This document shows, piece by piece, positions 25,201-36,100 of a stretch of DNA of 64,000 bases. This DNA is from Phoronis australis. Taxonomy: Eukaryota; Animalia; Phoronida. The DNA is taken from positions 140,809 through 204,808 of the forward strand of contig NMRA01000551.1 of the NCBI GenBank assembly GCA_002633005.1, in the 5' to 3' direction. The notes beneath the pieces are model-generated. The model saw nothing but the letters and a program-made list of their open reading frames with translations. It was not told where the DNA came from and searched no databases. Each line of letters starts with the position of its first letter. Position 1 is the stretch's first letter. A program made the position numbers and the translations under genes.

Positions 25201-28200
25201 TTGAAGACATCTGTTGCGTTTAATAAAATTTTACAGAGGATCAGAGGAAAGCTACTTTCATGGTACATTGTACCTAAATTATACAATAAACAGCTACTTT
25301 GTTTTATATTTGTTATTCAGGAATCTTGTTCTGGTAAGTAAAACTAGAGGCACGTACAGATGGCAGTCTCATAGGTCCGGGACTTCACACTGCGCCGCTT
25401 TTACATTTTGATGAAAAAAGTTCTTCATTGCTTTCTGGCACTGAGCAAAGGTAGGTTTTCTTCTTAATACAAGAAAACCTCCAGTCATCTTAAACCCCCT
25501 GACCACCATACATCAGTCACAGAGGGTGGACATGTTCCCATGTTCTCAACACGCATGCTCCCTTGCAAGTAACCTGCTTTTGTTCACTTTTTACATGGTA
25601 GTATGACATGTTCACATGCAGGTGAGCTGTTCCTCAAAGTGTCTAATAAACAATGCAATAGGTATTTTAAACGGGAGAAAACACGTTCACATGCACTCAC
25701 CGAGGGAGGATTGAACTGTATAGGGGCTGGGTTCTTACAGTCACAGACACTACCGTAACCCTCCACTTTGTTACAGAAGTGGGCTCTCCTCCTGCCAACT
25801 GGGTCAGTGGGCCAGGAACACTCGGACTCTGCAAATAGCAAGATGTCATTCAACAGTTCTNCCTGCCCCGCCTACCAGAGTTACTGTTGAGACAGTCTGG
25901 CCCACCCACAATAGTTACTGTTGAGACAGTCTGCCCTGCCCACCAGAGTTACTGTTAAGATAGTCTGGCCCACCCACCATAGTTACTGTTTGATGACAAG
26001 ACAAATAATGATACGGAAAGCTACCTGCACACATTTTGACTGTAATAGAAAGATTTTTGTCTCTAATGGTGGCTTGGTGTTAGACACAAAATGAGCAAAT
26101 GACTTGGGTTGAGAATGAGGCCACATTACAGTAAGTCTCATGTACTGACATCCATGTATATAAGACACGTTTAACAAAGATAATAACATTATGAAGATGA
26201 ATTTTGCTTAGCATTGTGTTGTTTATCCAGAAATATGTTCAGCTGACTTCACAGCTAGCTACATGTTTTATCACGTCATTGTACTGCATTTCAGGTGCTA
26301 CATGTAAACCCACCTTTAAGTGTCTATGATTTCACTCAAAACCAATGTTTGTATGACAATGATTACAGACTATTGCTGTTCACATGTTACCTGCATCATG
26401 ATTGGCCAGAATATTAACTTGATTGACTTGTCTGAGTTAGCAGACCCCCACCACAACTCACCTGTCACAGGCTTTAACTTCACCTCCGCCTTGGCTATCA
26501 CATCGTCACCCCATTTTCCAAACTCTTCATTTTTACTATATGCCTCATGTAACATAGAGCCTGCAGTCAAATCCATAAAGTTAGTGCACATTCTTTTTCA
26601 TTTTCTACTGCAACAGTACCCTTACGGATTTTCATATTTTTGCTATTTTGACATTGTCACTCTACATTCGACATACGTCAATTGTGTTGTTATGGGCAAC
26701 AAGACCAGTCACATGTAGTTGCAGTATTGTACGTTAAGTGGATGTTAAAAGTTATTACATGTGAACAATTTTCAAAACATTGCCTGTAGAAAAAGAGTAC
26801 ATTCCACCAGACAGGACGCAGGAAAATTTTCAAAGCCAATTAAAGGGACATTCTAGGTGAGAAAAGCAATTTTTCAGAAATTAGCAGTAGCACTAAGTCA
26901 AACCCACTAGTTTCTGCAGTAGCAGTCAAACACTTTGCCATTCAGTCAAGATGTTCGCTTTATAAGTAACACGAGCATATTTGAATGGTAAAGACACCGG
27001 CCTTAATTTCAGCAATCGTCAGCACGAAATGGCAATTTATTATAAAAAACAACAGATTTCATTGTTTTATAGCTCTGATCAAATCCAATAATAACCCCCA
27101 AGACACATTTTCAGCTATATAACCAATAATGTCCCTATAAAATCTGTGAAGGTTACTGAAAGAAATCCGGTAATTTCATCAGTATCAAATGATAAAATGA
27201 CCAATAATGTCATTTATTTTCAGAGACAGATCAACACATGAAGATATCGCACTGGGGTAAAAGAATAATTGTCACAAAGAATACTTGTTTTGCCCAACAT
27301 CGCGCAGTGACTGCTAACACAGTTATGTATCACCTGCTGTGTTGTGACAGATCATAGCCCACATGTCTCGCCAGCCCACATCCTTAATTTTTGAACTGCC
27401 GTACTTAGAGAGGAACTCTCGTGCGTTCTTCTTCAGATTCATGGATGCTTCATCCTACCAAAATAAATAAACAGGTCATTTTAAACACGTTCATATACAG
27501 CAGCTTCATCATGTATTTTGTCCAATCATAGACTATAGTACATGGACCGCCAACTCCGTATACTTTCATTGGACGAAATATGTGCTCATACAGTGGTAAT
27601 GACGTCATATTCATTAGCGACACCCGGCCAAATTATCTGTTATTTTCAGCAAGTACGTCGTCTGCTAATCGTGGTCGCTGTTGTGTCGTCACAATACACT
27701 AACCGGAAACTGGGACAGATAATTAAGGGGAGTGGCGCCTCCTCTAGGATAGTATGCAAGAAAATTTCGGAGTGCGAATCTGTTGTCTATAATCTATGGT
27801 CGAACAGGTTCAGAAGTTATGGAAATGTTTAAAAGTTCTGAAAGATGTTACAAAGTCATATTTGAACTAGTATTTATTTCCACCTTCTTAAGCCATTTTC
27901 TATTTAGAAGACACTAAAAATGGTTGAACTGTCAAATTTTATTGTCTTACCAAACTTTAGTATACACACACAGAGCTGTCTTTCAGACAGCCACTAAACA
28001 TTGACAGGATTTCAGAGGGTGTTAACTGTCCAACAGTACTACATTTGGCCAAGCCCAAACAAGCTTAATAGTGTGTCACTTTGATATTTTCATCCAACTT
28101 GAATTTCCTTGCCCCCTTTTTAACCATTGCTTGGTTAGCTTGACTACTGAGGCTTAAGGTGAATCAGGCTTGTCAAACCTGGTAACCATTGCTTTGCTAG

Positions 28201-31200
28201 CCTGCACAAGATTGCCGGACAGTAAGTAATTCAAACTGAACCTCTAACACATTCTGTCACAAAGGAAAATTACTATTCTCACCAAATGGTGATCAAAACA
28301 AAAGCAACGCGGAGTGTTGAAATGCGCCTACGAATGCAACGCAAATGGTGTGCTTTTAGGGTTGCTTATTTGCGTCATAAAATGGGCACTAGATGGTGCA
28401 AAAACTTACAATTCGTCCGAAAACGGGAACATGTCACTGCTTCTTAATAGAAAGCTAAGCACCAAATTTCATAGAAATCGGTCCTGGAACTTCAGAAAAA
28501 CAAAGGAAAACAGAATAAAATGAAATTACCACTAGGGGGCACAGTGTTCATTGGATCCGCCTGAAAGTCGTCATTGTCTGTTGTTAGCTTCATACAAATA
28601 AACTTACAAAATTAAATAAAGATCCTGCAGAGGGTTTAGGAGATGCAGCTATGGGCGCAAAACAAAACAAAACTAATACTAGGAAGCGCCAGAGTAGTCA
28701 AAGTCGTCATCATCAACCGTCCTCTTCACATTGAGAACATATACACCAATTTTCAAAACCATCCTTAGAATGATTTGGTTTATAGAGAGGTAGACGCCAA
28801 AAACAGACTCGAAAAGAGCAAAAATGGCCACTAGGTGGTGCAAAGTACGGGAGGATAGCGTCATCTCACCAATAGATGCCCGAATTCAAAATTTTATGAA
28901 AATCTGTTGAGGACATTTGAAGATACAGAGGTAAACGTAAACTAAAATTGCCAACAGAGGGCATACGAGTAGTCAGATCCATCCCAAAATCATAGTCGTC
29001 CATTGTCAACATCATATAAACATACTTCTCAAATTTAGTAAAAATCCTGAATACGGTTTAGGAGATACAGCCATGGGCGCAAAAAAGAAACTGCCACTAG
29101 GAGGTGCCACAGTAGTCGAAGTCATCGGAAAATCATCGTCAGCGATCCACTTCATTGTAAAAACATACATGTCTATTTTCACAATTATCCTGAAAGCGGT
29201 TTGGTTGACGCCAAAAAACAGACTCGAAAACAGTAAAAACTGCCACTAGGTGGCACACCAGCTGTCCAATCTGTCCGAAAGTCGTCGTCGTCCATTGTCA
29301 ACATCACATAAATACACTTACTAAATTTAGTAAAGATGATGCAAATGGTTTAGGAGATATAGCCATAGGCGCAAAACAACAAAACTGCCACTAGGAAGCG
29401 CCACAGTAGTCGAAGTCGTCAGAAAATCATCGTCAACCATCCTCTTCATAGTAAGAACATACATGCCAATTTTTACAATCATACTTAGAGCAGTTTGGTT
29501 GATAGAGGGGTGGACATCAAAAACAGACTCGAAAACAGTAAAAATGGCCACTAGGTGGCGCAAACTATATCGAATCCATCTGAAAACGGGAGGATACTGT
29601 CGTCTTACTAATAGATGCCTATATACCAAATTTTATGAAAATACGTTGAGGACCTTTGAAAATACAGAGGTAAACGTAAAAAACTAAAATTGCCACTAGG
29701 GGGCACAACTATAGTCAGATCCGTCCGAAAGTTTGCTCATGCCGTCCCATCAATGAAAGGAACACATGTGCAAAATTTCATGAACATATGTCAAACGGTT
29801 TTGGAGATAAAACAGCAGATGCCGGACGGACGCCTCCCAAACGGACGCAGATGACGACATAATGCGTCCACATATAAATATGTGGGCGCATAATAAAAAC
29901 ATCCCAAGGCTTGTTCGCACTACGTTGTGTGGTACCGTACACTAAAGTGCACTATACATTAGTACAAAGGTTAAGCAAGCTTAGTGAATAAGCTAGGTCG
30001 GACAAGCTTGAATAACGTTAAACAAGCTTGAACAATATTGACCAAGCTTGAACAATATTGACCTCGCTAGAACAATATTGACCAATGATGAAGTTAATTG
30101 TTGTGACATTTCACATACATACATACCATAATAGTGAAGATGAGGACCCGTCCAGGTGAGATCATGTTGAGGAATAAAACCATTGCAGCGGCCTCGTCAG
30201 CCATGTAGGTGTCAAACTGACGCGAAGCCATGATAGCACCCTGTAACACACAGATATGTCTTCATAACTCCTCATTGCTATCACACAACACACATAAAAA
30301 AATATAAACATAAACATGAACACAAATAGAGGACACTAACATTTATCAGACGACTACAAGTTTCCTCTCTCTTTGGTAGCAGTGCATTGGAATGACCCTG
30401 AGTGCAATTTGACACACAATTTGGGAACTTTCAAAAGTTTGTGACTTCCTAACGCCTTGTGCGATACTGTGGACACACTGTTAGTCATAAACCACAAATG
30501 ACTGTAGATCGTGAACATTAAATCACACAACTTCCGTTTCCTCCATTTCCACCAGGTGGTGTTAATGAGAATATCAGAGGGGTTACCTGAAACTCAATGC
30601 AAACCCTCGTTAGATTTTGGTTGAACCGTGCCTGAAGGGCTCGTCTCAACCTTGGATTGTTCTCACAATACCCTAATACAACCCGTCAACCAATGTCACA
30701 CAACAGCTCTGAAGAACAAGTACCCATGTCGCCATGACTACGTACCCAGTACTTTGCTAATGTACATATAACATATGAAATTTACGCTCAGCATATATGC
30801 CGGCAAATCAAGGAACTAACATGGCCAAGCTTTATCCTGTTATTGTTTCAACACTTAGATTTACTCACATTGGCCTGATGTAAGACTAGAACGTGAATCC
30901 CTCGATTTGACGGCATTTGATCATTTACTTCATACACCTAGAACAGAGAATAGCTTGTGACACATGACTGTGTAATTCTACAAGTCACCATACAATGCTC
31001 ACATGGACAGGATTTCAGTAGTCACAATGGTGGACACTAACTTGTAAAGCAGACTCAGGGGCCTAAACAAACCACATTCAGAAGACAAATGTTTAGCAAT
31101 TAAATTCATTGACTGGAAGTTGTTAAGCAATCAATTCATCGACAGGGATTTCACTATTCGACAGGGATTTCACTATTTGGGATGCAGGACACTTAACTTG

Positions 31201-32781
31201 TAACGAAGACTCAGGGGGTCAGAAGGTCAATGTTTGCATGAACCGTGAAGCTACATACCGTCCCACCATCAACACTGACTTGCACCATCTTACTGCCAGA
31301 CTTGACCTCCACCTGTATACTCTTGGGTAGGTCCAGACTTTGCTGAATTCTACGCGGTGGGTTCACTATGTCAGGGGCACTGTCTTCATCCAGACCTAGG
31401 TCAAAGGTCATTCACACTTGATAATAAATAAAGTTTGTTGTTGAAAACTGTTGGTACAAACTATAGTACAGATAGTTTTGGACAACCGATAAAAGTCTAC
31501 TCGAAATATCCTCTGAAATCGCAAGTTATACTTTAAGGAAAATTCCGCTTAATGTACAAGTCTAATAAAGGCTTTGTGTGTTGTATCCGTCAATTATTGC
31601 GATTTCGGCAATGGAAGAATGGCCGATCATGTCAACTCATCACAACAGGCAATGGCAACCATAAGCAGTGAAAACAAAATGATACTGTCCAGTAGCCTAC
31701 ATACACTGTACCTGTGCGAGGGTGTGGCAGCTCCTTTAACTGCTTTTCTGAATGTATAACCAGGGAAATGTTGAGTACTAACATCACCAACAGTACCGTG
31801 AACAGGCCAGCCTGTAATCAACAGTGTGACATCATGTGCTACTTGTTAATTGTTACCGTCATATGGCCACTGGTCACATGGAACAAATGATCCCAGCAAA
31901 ACCTGGCCATTTAGGGTAGTACTTCTACTTCACTGTGACTGGTGCGCAAGAAAATAACCTATTACTGCAAATAGCAACATTCTTTAATAGTAACCAATCT
32001 GACAAGACAGCCAAGTTTCTTATGACAAACAATAGTAAGATTTGCTAGCTGAATACAGTAGTAACAGAAATGCTTACACTCTTTCAAAGTGCTACGAAGG
32101 GTAGCACTGGGAAAAGTTAATTATTATGCCTTCTCATAAAGTAATGAAACCGACGTCAACATATTCAGCCATCCCATTGGTTGAAATCTGGGAAACCCCT
32201 TTCAGTTTACTGTTACATATCTGGTATGGCAACCACCTTTGGCTTGGATAGTTGCAATTTATTAAAATGGGGTGTTTGTGGACAATTTGAATGTATTGAG
32301 CATTTTCCAGGGGTATCTATCATACCTGGGTAGTTGACCTATCGCAAACTCTGCACCCTTGTGAAAAGTCACCGACAATAGGTTGTTTGTCGGGTAAAAT
32401 GGTGGCTTGGAAACGCAGAAGAAGGTGTGTCAAGAATGTTTCATTCTGATTGGTCAGTTAAGCTGTCAGTCAATTGGGAACATTCGATGTAACAATTCTT
32501 CAACATTGTGACAGCATGAAAGCGAATTTTGCATGATCTAATTTTAAAATTCGAGCGAGCAAGATAGGCCGAGTTGACAAAATGCAATTTCTTTCATTCG
32601 CACAGATATGTGGACATTGGACTAATTGCATGAATCCTTAAAATGTCCTACTGCACAACAGAGGCAATCTGCTAAACCAGACAGTGGATTTTTCAAGAAA
32701 TAGCAGATGAATGTGTCACTAGTGCTGTCTACTTACCTGACACAGCTTGCCAGCGAACCGGCGTGCACACACGTGCACCAT
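13149..32781 (-). CDS. POMGNT1: POMGNT1 orthologue, 19 coding exons, ~631 aa type II Golgi glycosyltransferase (GT13) (overall span; exons listed separately)
   Basis: Exon translations are collinear with human POMGNT1 as I recall it (RGIHV, FDTY, GWRD, [12 protein letters not shown], IAGNRP, IDGY, HYKASL, EED-x-[44 protein letters not shown]). All junctions are GT-AG with matching phases, total 1896 nt ending TAA. Confidence 0.96.
13751..13860 (-). CDS. POMGNT1: POMGNT1 exon 18 ([36 protein letters not shown])
   Basis: ttttcag / gtgagt; [11 protein letters not shown]...[15 protein letters not shown]. Confidence 0.97.
13856..17599. repeat. ~1.87-kb near-identical tandem duplication (13856-15716 / 15718-17599) separated by one N
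   Basis: Same sequence with scattered SNPs and small indels; N at 15717 exactly at the junction. Confidence 0.95.
13977..15294 (+). mobile_element. Helentron/HINE-like non-autonomous element with internal ~145-bp diverged tandem repeats (second copy 15849-17177)
   Basis: starts aacaagagc..gtgttgaa, has repeated ccactaggaggtgctgcagt units, ends in a GC-rich hairpin-like stretch plus A-run; start is homologous to the 28295 element. Confidence 0.6.
17883..17954 (-). CDS. POMGNT1: POMGNT1 exon 17 ([24 protein letters not shown])
   Basis: tttcag / AAG|gtgagt; YV..IRM....D.TT..Q.AK. Confidence 0.94.
18506..18614 (-). CDS. POMGNT1: POMGNT1 exon 16 ([36 protein letters not shown])
   Basis: ttgcag / gtgagt; YEV....L...A.VLDH...PC...F.PDT. 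Confidence 0.94.
19035..19160. repeat. ~42-bp minisatellite x3
   Basis: gacttacatggtgagttatgtatgtaatgtgcttgtgatgt. Confidence 0.85.
19248..19438 (-). CDS. POMGNT1: POMGNT1 exon 15 ([63 protein letters not shown])
   Basis: ttgtag / gtaagt; DWDMWMRMP...[13 protein letters not shown]. Confidence 0.98.
20437..21009. mobile_element. Penelope-like inverted pseudo-LTR pair with hammerhead-like cores, 12-bp TSD and a nested retroelement tail
   Basis: Inverted arms 20448-20520 / 20900-20973; direct repeat gaaatttcaact at 20437 and 20998; CTGACGA...GAAAC-ATGTC motif. Confidence 0.6.
20576..20895 (-). mobile_element. 3' end of a non-LTR retroelement (AATA-type tail) inserted in the palindrome
   Basis: minus strand gagggccctcttggaaagcagtgctatcactgaagaggccaccctc followed by an (aata)n-like tail; interrupts the right arm. 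Confidence 0.5.
21180..21308 (-). CDS. POMGNT1: POMGNT1 exon 14 ([43 protein letters not shown])
   Basis: ttacag / AAG|gtatag; near-identical to the human segment. Confidence 0.98.
21730..21802 (-). CDS. POMGNT1: POMGNT1 exon 13 ([24 protein letters not shown])
   Basis: ttgcag / CAG|gtatgt; SLYC.SAWNDQ. Confidence 0.97.
22048..22258. repeat. 29-bp minisatellite ~x7
   Basis: ccctacaccatgtctcaggcccaggttgt. Confidence 0.9.
23374..23432 (-). CDS. POMGNT1: POMGNT1 exon 12 ([19 protein letters not shown]), metal-binding DxD region
   Basis: ttccag / gtaagt; LEED.D.A.DFF. Confidence 0.97.
23689..23814 (-). CDS. POMGNT1: POMGNT1 exon 11 ([42 protein letters not shown])
   Basis: ttccag / gtaagt; LFGL..QHTP...[16 protein letters not shown]. 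Confidence 0.97.
23899..24121. mobile_element. MITE with CATAG...CTATG termini and 7-bp TSD (P-element-like)
   Basis: gtatacc|CATAGAATATAG...CTATAGTCTATG|gtatacc. Confidence 0.8.
24630..24705 (-). CDS. POMGNT1: POMGNT1 exon 10 ([25 protein letters not shown])
   Basis: cccag / GAG|gtttgt; MLR.LL...GV.P....FIDGY.E. Confidence 0.96.
25023..25093 (-). CDS. POMGNT1: POMGNT1 exon 9 ([23 protein letters not shown])
   Basis: ttccag / AG|gtaaac; PVA.IAGNRP.YL. Confidence 0.97.
25701..25828 (-). CDS. POMGNT1: POMGNT1 exon 8 ([42 protein letters not shown])
   Basis: ttgcag / gtgagt; [13 protein letters not shown]. Confidence 0.97.
25863..25990. repeat. ~34-bp minisatellite adjacent to an N gap
   Basis: agttactgttgagacagtctg(g/c)cc..ccac repeated ~4x. 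Confidence 0.8.
26462..26560 (-). CDS. POMGNT1: POMGNT1 exon 7 ([32 protein letters not shown])
   Basis: ctgcag / gtgagt; E..SK.....WGD.V..K. Confidence 0.93.
27334..27454 (-). CDS. POMGNT1: POMGNT1 exon 6 ([40 protein letters not shown])
   Basis: ttggtag / G|gtgata; DE.S...GWRD.WA. Confidence 0.95.
27527..27798. mobile_element. Second, inverted copy of the same P-like MITE
   Basis: CATAGACTATAG...CTATAATCTATG, flanks gtccaat/gtcgaac; internal sequence is the reverse complement of 23899-24121. Confidence 0.8.
28295..29899 (+). mobile_element. Helentron/HINE (DINE-1-like) element with ~10 internal ~148-bp repeats
   Basis: ATGCGCC near the start and GGCGCAT near the end, ggacggacg microsatellite-like tract, terminal stem-loop tgcgtccacatataaatatgtgggcgca then an A-run. 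Confidence 0.7.
29975..30085. repeat. 20-bp degenerate minisatellite
   Basis: aagcttgaacaatattgacc repeats. Confidence 0.7.
30127..30240 (-). CDS. POMGNT1: POMGNT1 exon 5 ([38 protein letters not shown])
   Basis: ttacag / gtatgt; FDTY...[14 protein letters not shown]. Confidence 0.96.
30869..30937 (-). CDS. POMGNT1: POMGNT1 exon 4 ([23 protein letters not shown])
   Basis: ttctag / gtgagt; RGIHV motif of the stem lectin domain. Confidence 0.95.
31259..31395 (-). CDS. POMGNT1: POMGNT1 exon 3 ([15 protein letters not shown]...[20 protein letters not shown])
   Basis: cctag acceptor, gtatgt donor; matches PPRR...[20 protein letters not shown]. Confidence 0.92.
31712..31811 (-). CDS. POMGNT1: POMGNT1 exon 2, TM helix ([33 protein letters not shown])
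   Basis: ttacag acceptor, G|gtacag donor; hydrophobic segment aligns to human GAVLFLLVTVIVNIKLI. Confidence 0.88.
32737..32781 (-). CDS. POMGNT1: POMGNT1 coding exon 1 ([15 protein letters not shown]); exon incl. 5'UTR spans 32863-32737
   Basis: Acceptor ttccag next to 32863, ATG at 32781 preceded by an in-frame TAA, donor CAG|gtaagt. Ends ...CQ as in human RRFCQ before the TM helix. Confidence 0.8.
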
Positions 32782-32825
32782 AATTTACACTGTGAACTCC
32801 CTAAAGGTGGTGGTATCAATAGCAG

Positions 32826-32843
32826 TCACATGGTGGCGCTCAT
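32826..32843 (-). promoter_or_regulatory. uORF ATG AGC GCC ACC ATG TGA (MSATM*) in the POMGNT1 5'UTR
   Basis: Read directly inside the exon 32863-32737, ending 44 nt before the main ATG. Confidence 0.6.
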
Positions 32844-33068
32844 GTGCCGGGATAGTCACTAGCCTGGAATAAAATGTAGGTAGATTACTTCTTCAGTTTC
32901 TCTGCACATGATGCAGTAAGCACACTTATGGCTACTTGAATATTTGTGAAGGTAAGAACACAAAATATGACGAATAAAATAGTTGCCAAGTTTTCAGGCA
33001 CAGCCCATAATACTCAGAACACATGGCTAATGAAGCATGCAGAACATACATCAGCAATAGCCATTAAC

Positions 33069-33159
33069 AGGCGTCCCGCATTGTGAGAACCAGTTTGTCG
33101 TCGGTTATTCAGGGGAGAAAACTGGTTTTCAAAATGTGAGAGAAAACTGGGCACCCCTG
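33069..33159. mobile_element. Small palindromic element; inverted relative at ~48850-48926
   Basis: cagg..ccc / ggg..cctg ends; attcaggggagaaaactggttttcaaaatg versus catttttagaaccagttttctccactgaat. Confidence 0.45.
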
Positions 33160-36100
33160 TATGTGACTATTATCACATACATTGGATCACAGGCCTCCCT
33201 GTAGCAACCTGTGCTATGAGGAATGTTCAGCTTTCTGCTGTCAAGATACGAAATGTTCCACATGACATTTTCCTGACTACTGTGTTATTGTGGTCAGCTA
33301 GTTGACACTTCATAGTTTTTCATTCAAAACCAATTGATCAGTGAAATTCATCAAGGCGCAAAGTACAACAGGAAGTCATGTGCAACTGTGATAAAAAACT
33401 CTAATCAATAATGCTCCCAAAAAGTGTTACACTGTGCTCTACAGAGTTTTACAACTTGAAGGACCTCAAACCAGGGTAATGATGATAGATAAGCAGGAGA
33501 AACAGCTCAGCAGTAGCAGGTCCCACACTACACAACATTACAATAAGCCACGGGGAATAATTAAAAGATGATAGATTGCTTTCATGCAATAGTGATAATG
33601 AATTCATTAGAACCAAGATGTAAAGAGTATAATGATTACAAGGTTGAAGAAATTGATATGATGAAACAACAAATACAGAAATTGTTGAATGAAAAAATAT
33701 ATCTTTACATTAGCCCAATTAAAGGAAACCAAATAAAAGAGATACGCAAAGTGACTCCTATTGTAAGTAAAGGAACAACTGTGTGCAGAGTTCAATAGGA
33801 AAAGGCGTCCTTTCAAAAGTAACCAGGCCACGAAACGCACACCTATGAATGGATATCTGAGCAACATGACTGTTACAAGCGCCCTCTATGGAAGAACCCT
33901 CAGTACTCCCTTTGTTGAACAAGCCACACAAACTGAATGAAAACCTTGGTTTTCAACAAGCTGGAGCACAGTGACATACAACAATAGTGGTTACTGTATT
34001 TCAAACAAACCATTCAACTGCCTAAAGAAGTAACTCACACTGACTGACCCAGTGAGGTAACAAGAGGTGGTAAGACTTCCTCCAACTAGCAATGTTTAAT
34101 TTTACAAGATTTGTCAGAAGGCTATTTCCACACAGGCACCATTGACCTCACAACATACATGACATGGATCCCATAGTAACATAAGTAACAACTAGTTCAC
34201 AAAAAAACTACAAGATCCCTCAGTAGTAGATAGTAAATGAAGTGACAAACGAGCATTATTTCTTCAGCAAGCAATCTGACTGTTATCTTATTGAGCCTAT
34301 ATCGATGTCCTCAGTTGCAAACTAAGGCATGGAAAACACACAACTTCAGAAGCAATTAAGCACATAAATGGAAATAATAGAAACGCAATTTGTCAAACCA
34401 ACTACAGTCATCGATGCTTTAAACAGGCAAACAGAAAACTGTGCATAGTTTTTGCCCAATTGAAAACCAATCATTCACGACAATACATCAGGATGACATG
34501 ATTTGACAGCGTCTAGTTCCCAACCTCCATGATACAAGACTGAGAGTCTATTGGAGTCACAGAACAAATAAAGCGTCACTCACAACAATCTGAACATCAG
34601 TACAATTAGTATTCAATACCTCTAGAAACTCAACTTGCAATTAAGACGACAGTTATGTAGTGTGGCACAAAAAGGTTCAATTTCATTATGCCAAACTTAC
34701 CAACAAAAAGAAGTTTTCCGGAAATTTTTTTTTTCTTTTTCACATTTTGGCAAAAACTTACAACACAATAAACGATGTAGTAAATCCTTAAAAAAGGTAA
34801 ACGACTATTTCAGTAATTATTTTTGCCTCCAACTTTAGAATTTCCGAGACCAAGTTAAACCAGAGAAAGTTTGCTGCACTTTACATGATACACTTTTCCA
34901 ACTGTAAAACACATGAAGAGAGACATGTTATTACTTGACAATTGTTTTATCATCAACATCTCTCAACTACCAACAAAGTACCACTGCTACTGTAAACATA
35001 GATATTCTTTCAAAGAGTATGTATGAACAGCAACATGGACCTAACAATGAACATATACACTGACTTTTAACCAATTAAGCAAAGAATATGAAGGATGAAG
35101 GAAATTTTAGTATGCAAAATTTCTCAACAAAAATAAAATAAAATTAAGAAAACTTCAGTCTAAATTTAGCTTGGTTTACATCCATGTAGTTGTTATTTGC
35201 AGCAAGGGATTTGTAAACAGAAAAATGACACTTTTTGACAATTACGGTACTTTTGAGAAAAATAAGGCAAGAATTGTTTTTTAATGTTTGGCCATTCAAC
35301 TAGATATGACATGACATGAAGTGATAAAAAATGAAGTTGTCTGTGGCATCAACTACTACACAGTTGCTAACACTAACGTGTTGATAATTCCGCCAACCCC
35401 GCTCGTCGGACACGAAAACAAAGCCTCTTGGGAAATTTGAATTCTTGCTCATGTTATCAGACATTAGTCTCGCTGTTCTGTCACCTTCCCACAGGACTTT
35501 ATTCTTGTCTATTATTGAATTCATAACTGTCTTTTTTAGTGCCAGAAGCTCAATTACTACTGAACAGTGACCCCAAAAAATGGTATGCTGGTTCTTCAGT
35601 AGTTTATACTTCATTCCAACTGAGCGTTCACATTAAATGACTGTTGGGGGAAAACATGATGTACTGGCCGAAAAGCAGTAAAATTGTAACACTGGACTAT
35701 GATAAAAAACATTTATTTCATATTTGAAGTGGTGCTTTCTAACAGTCAAACTCACACAACATATGACAGACATGAATTGCTGTTTGACAGGGCATAAATT
35801 TCACTGTGCCAATCAAACTAGACATCAATCCCTATCCTAAACTGCACAAATCTACAATCTGTTCCACTGCCCAACATTCAAGCCAGTGACATGACATGCT
35901 TCCCCCTTTTTGCTTGTATCTTGAAAATCAAGACTTTCACATGCTTAAAACGAGGCTTAAAAACAACTATAGTTACAAAGTATTTCTGCTCTTACTCCCA
36001 AAGACATGCATAATTTCACATAATTACAGAAGGCAGCTCCTGAACAAAGTTGTCATTTAATTATTTCATCTCTGCTCTAATCCATCAACACTTCACCCCA

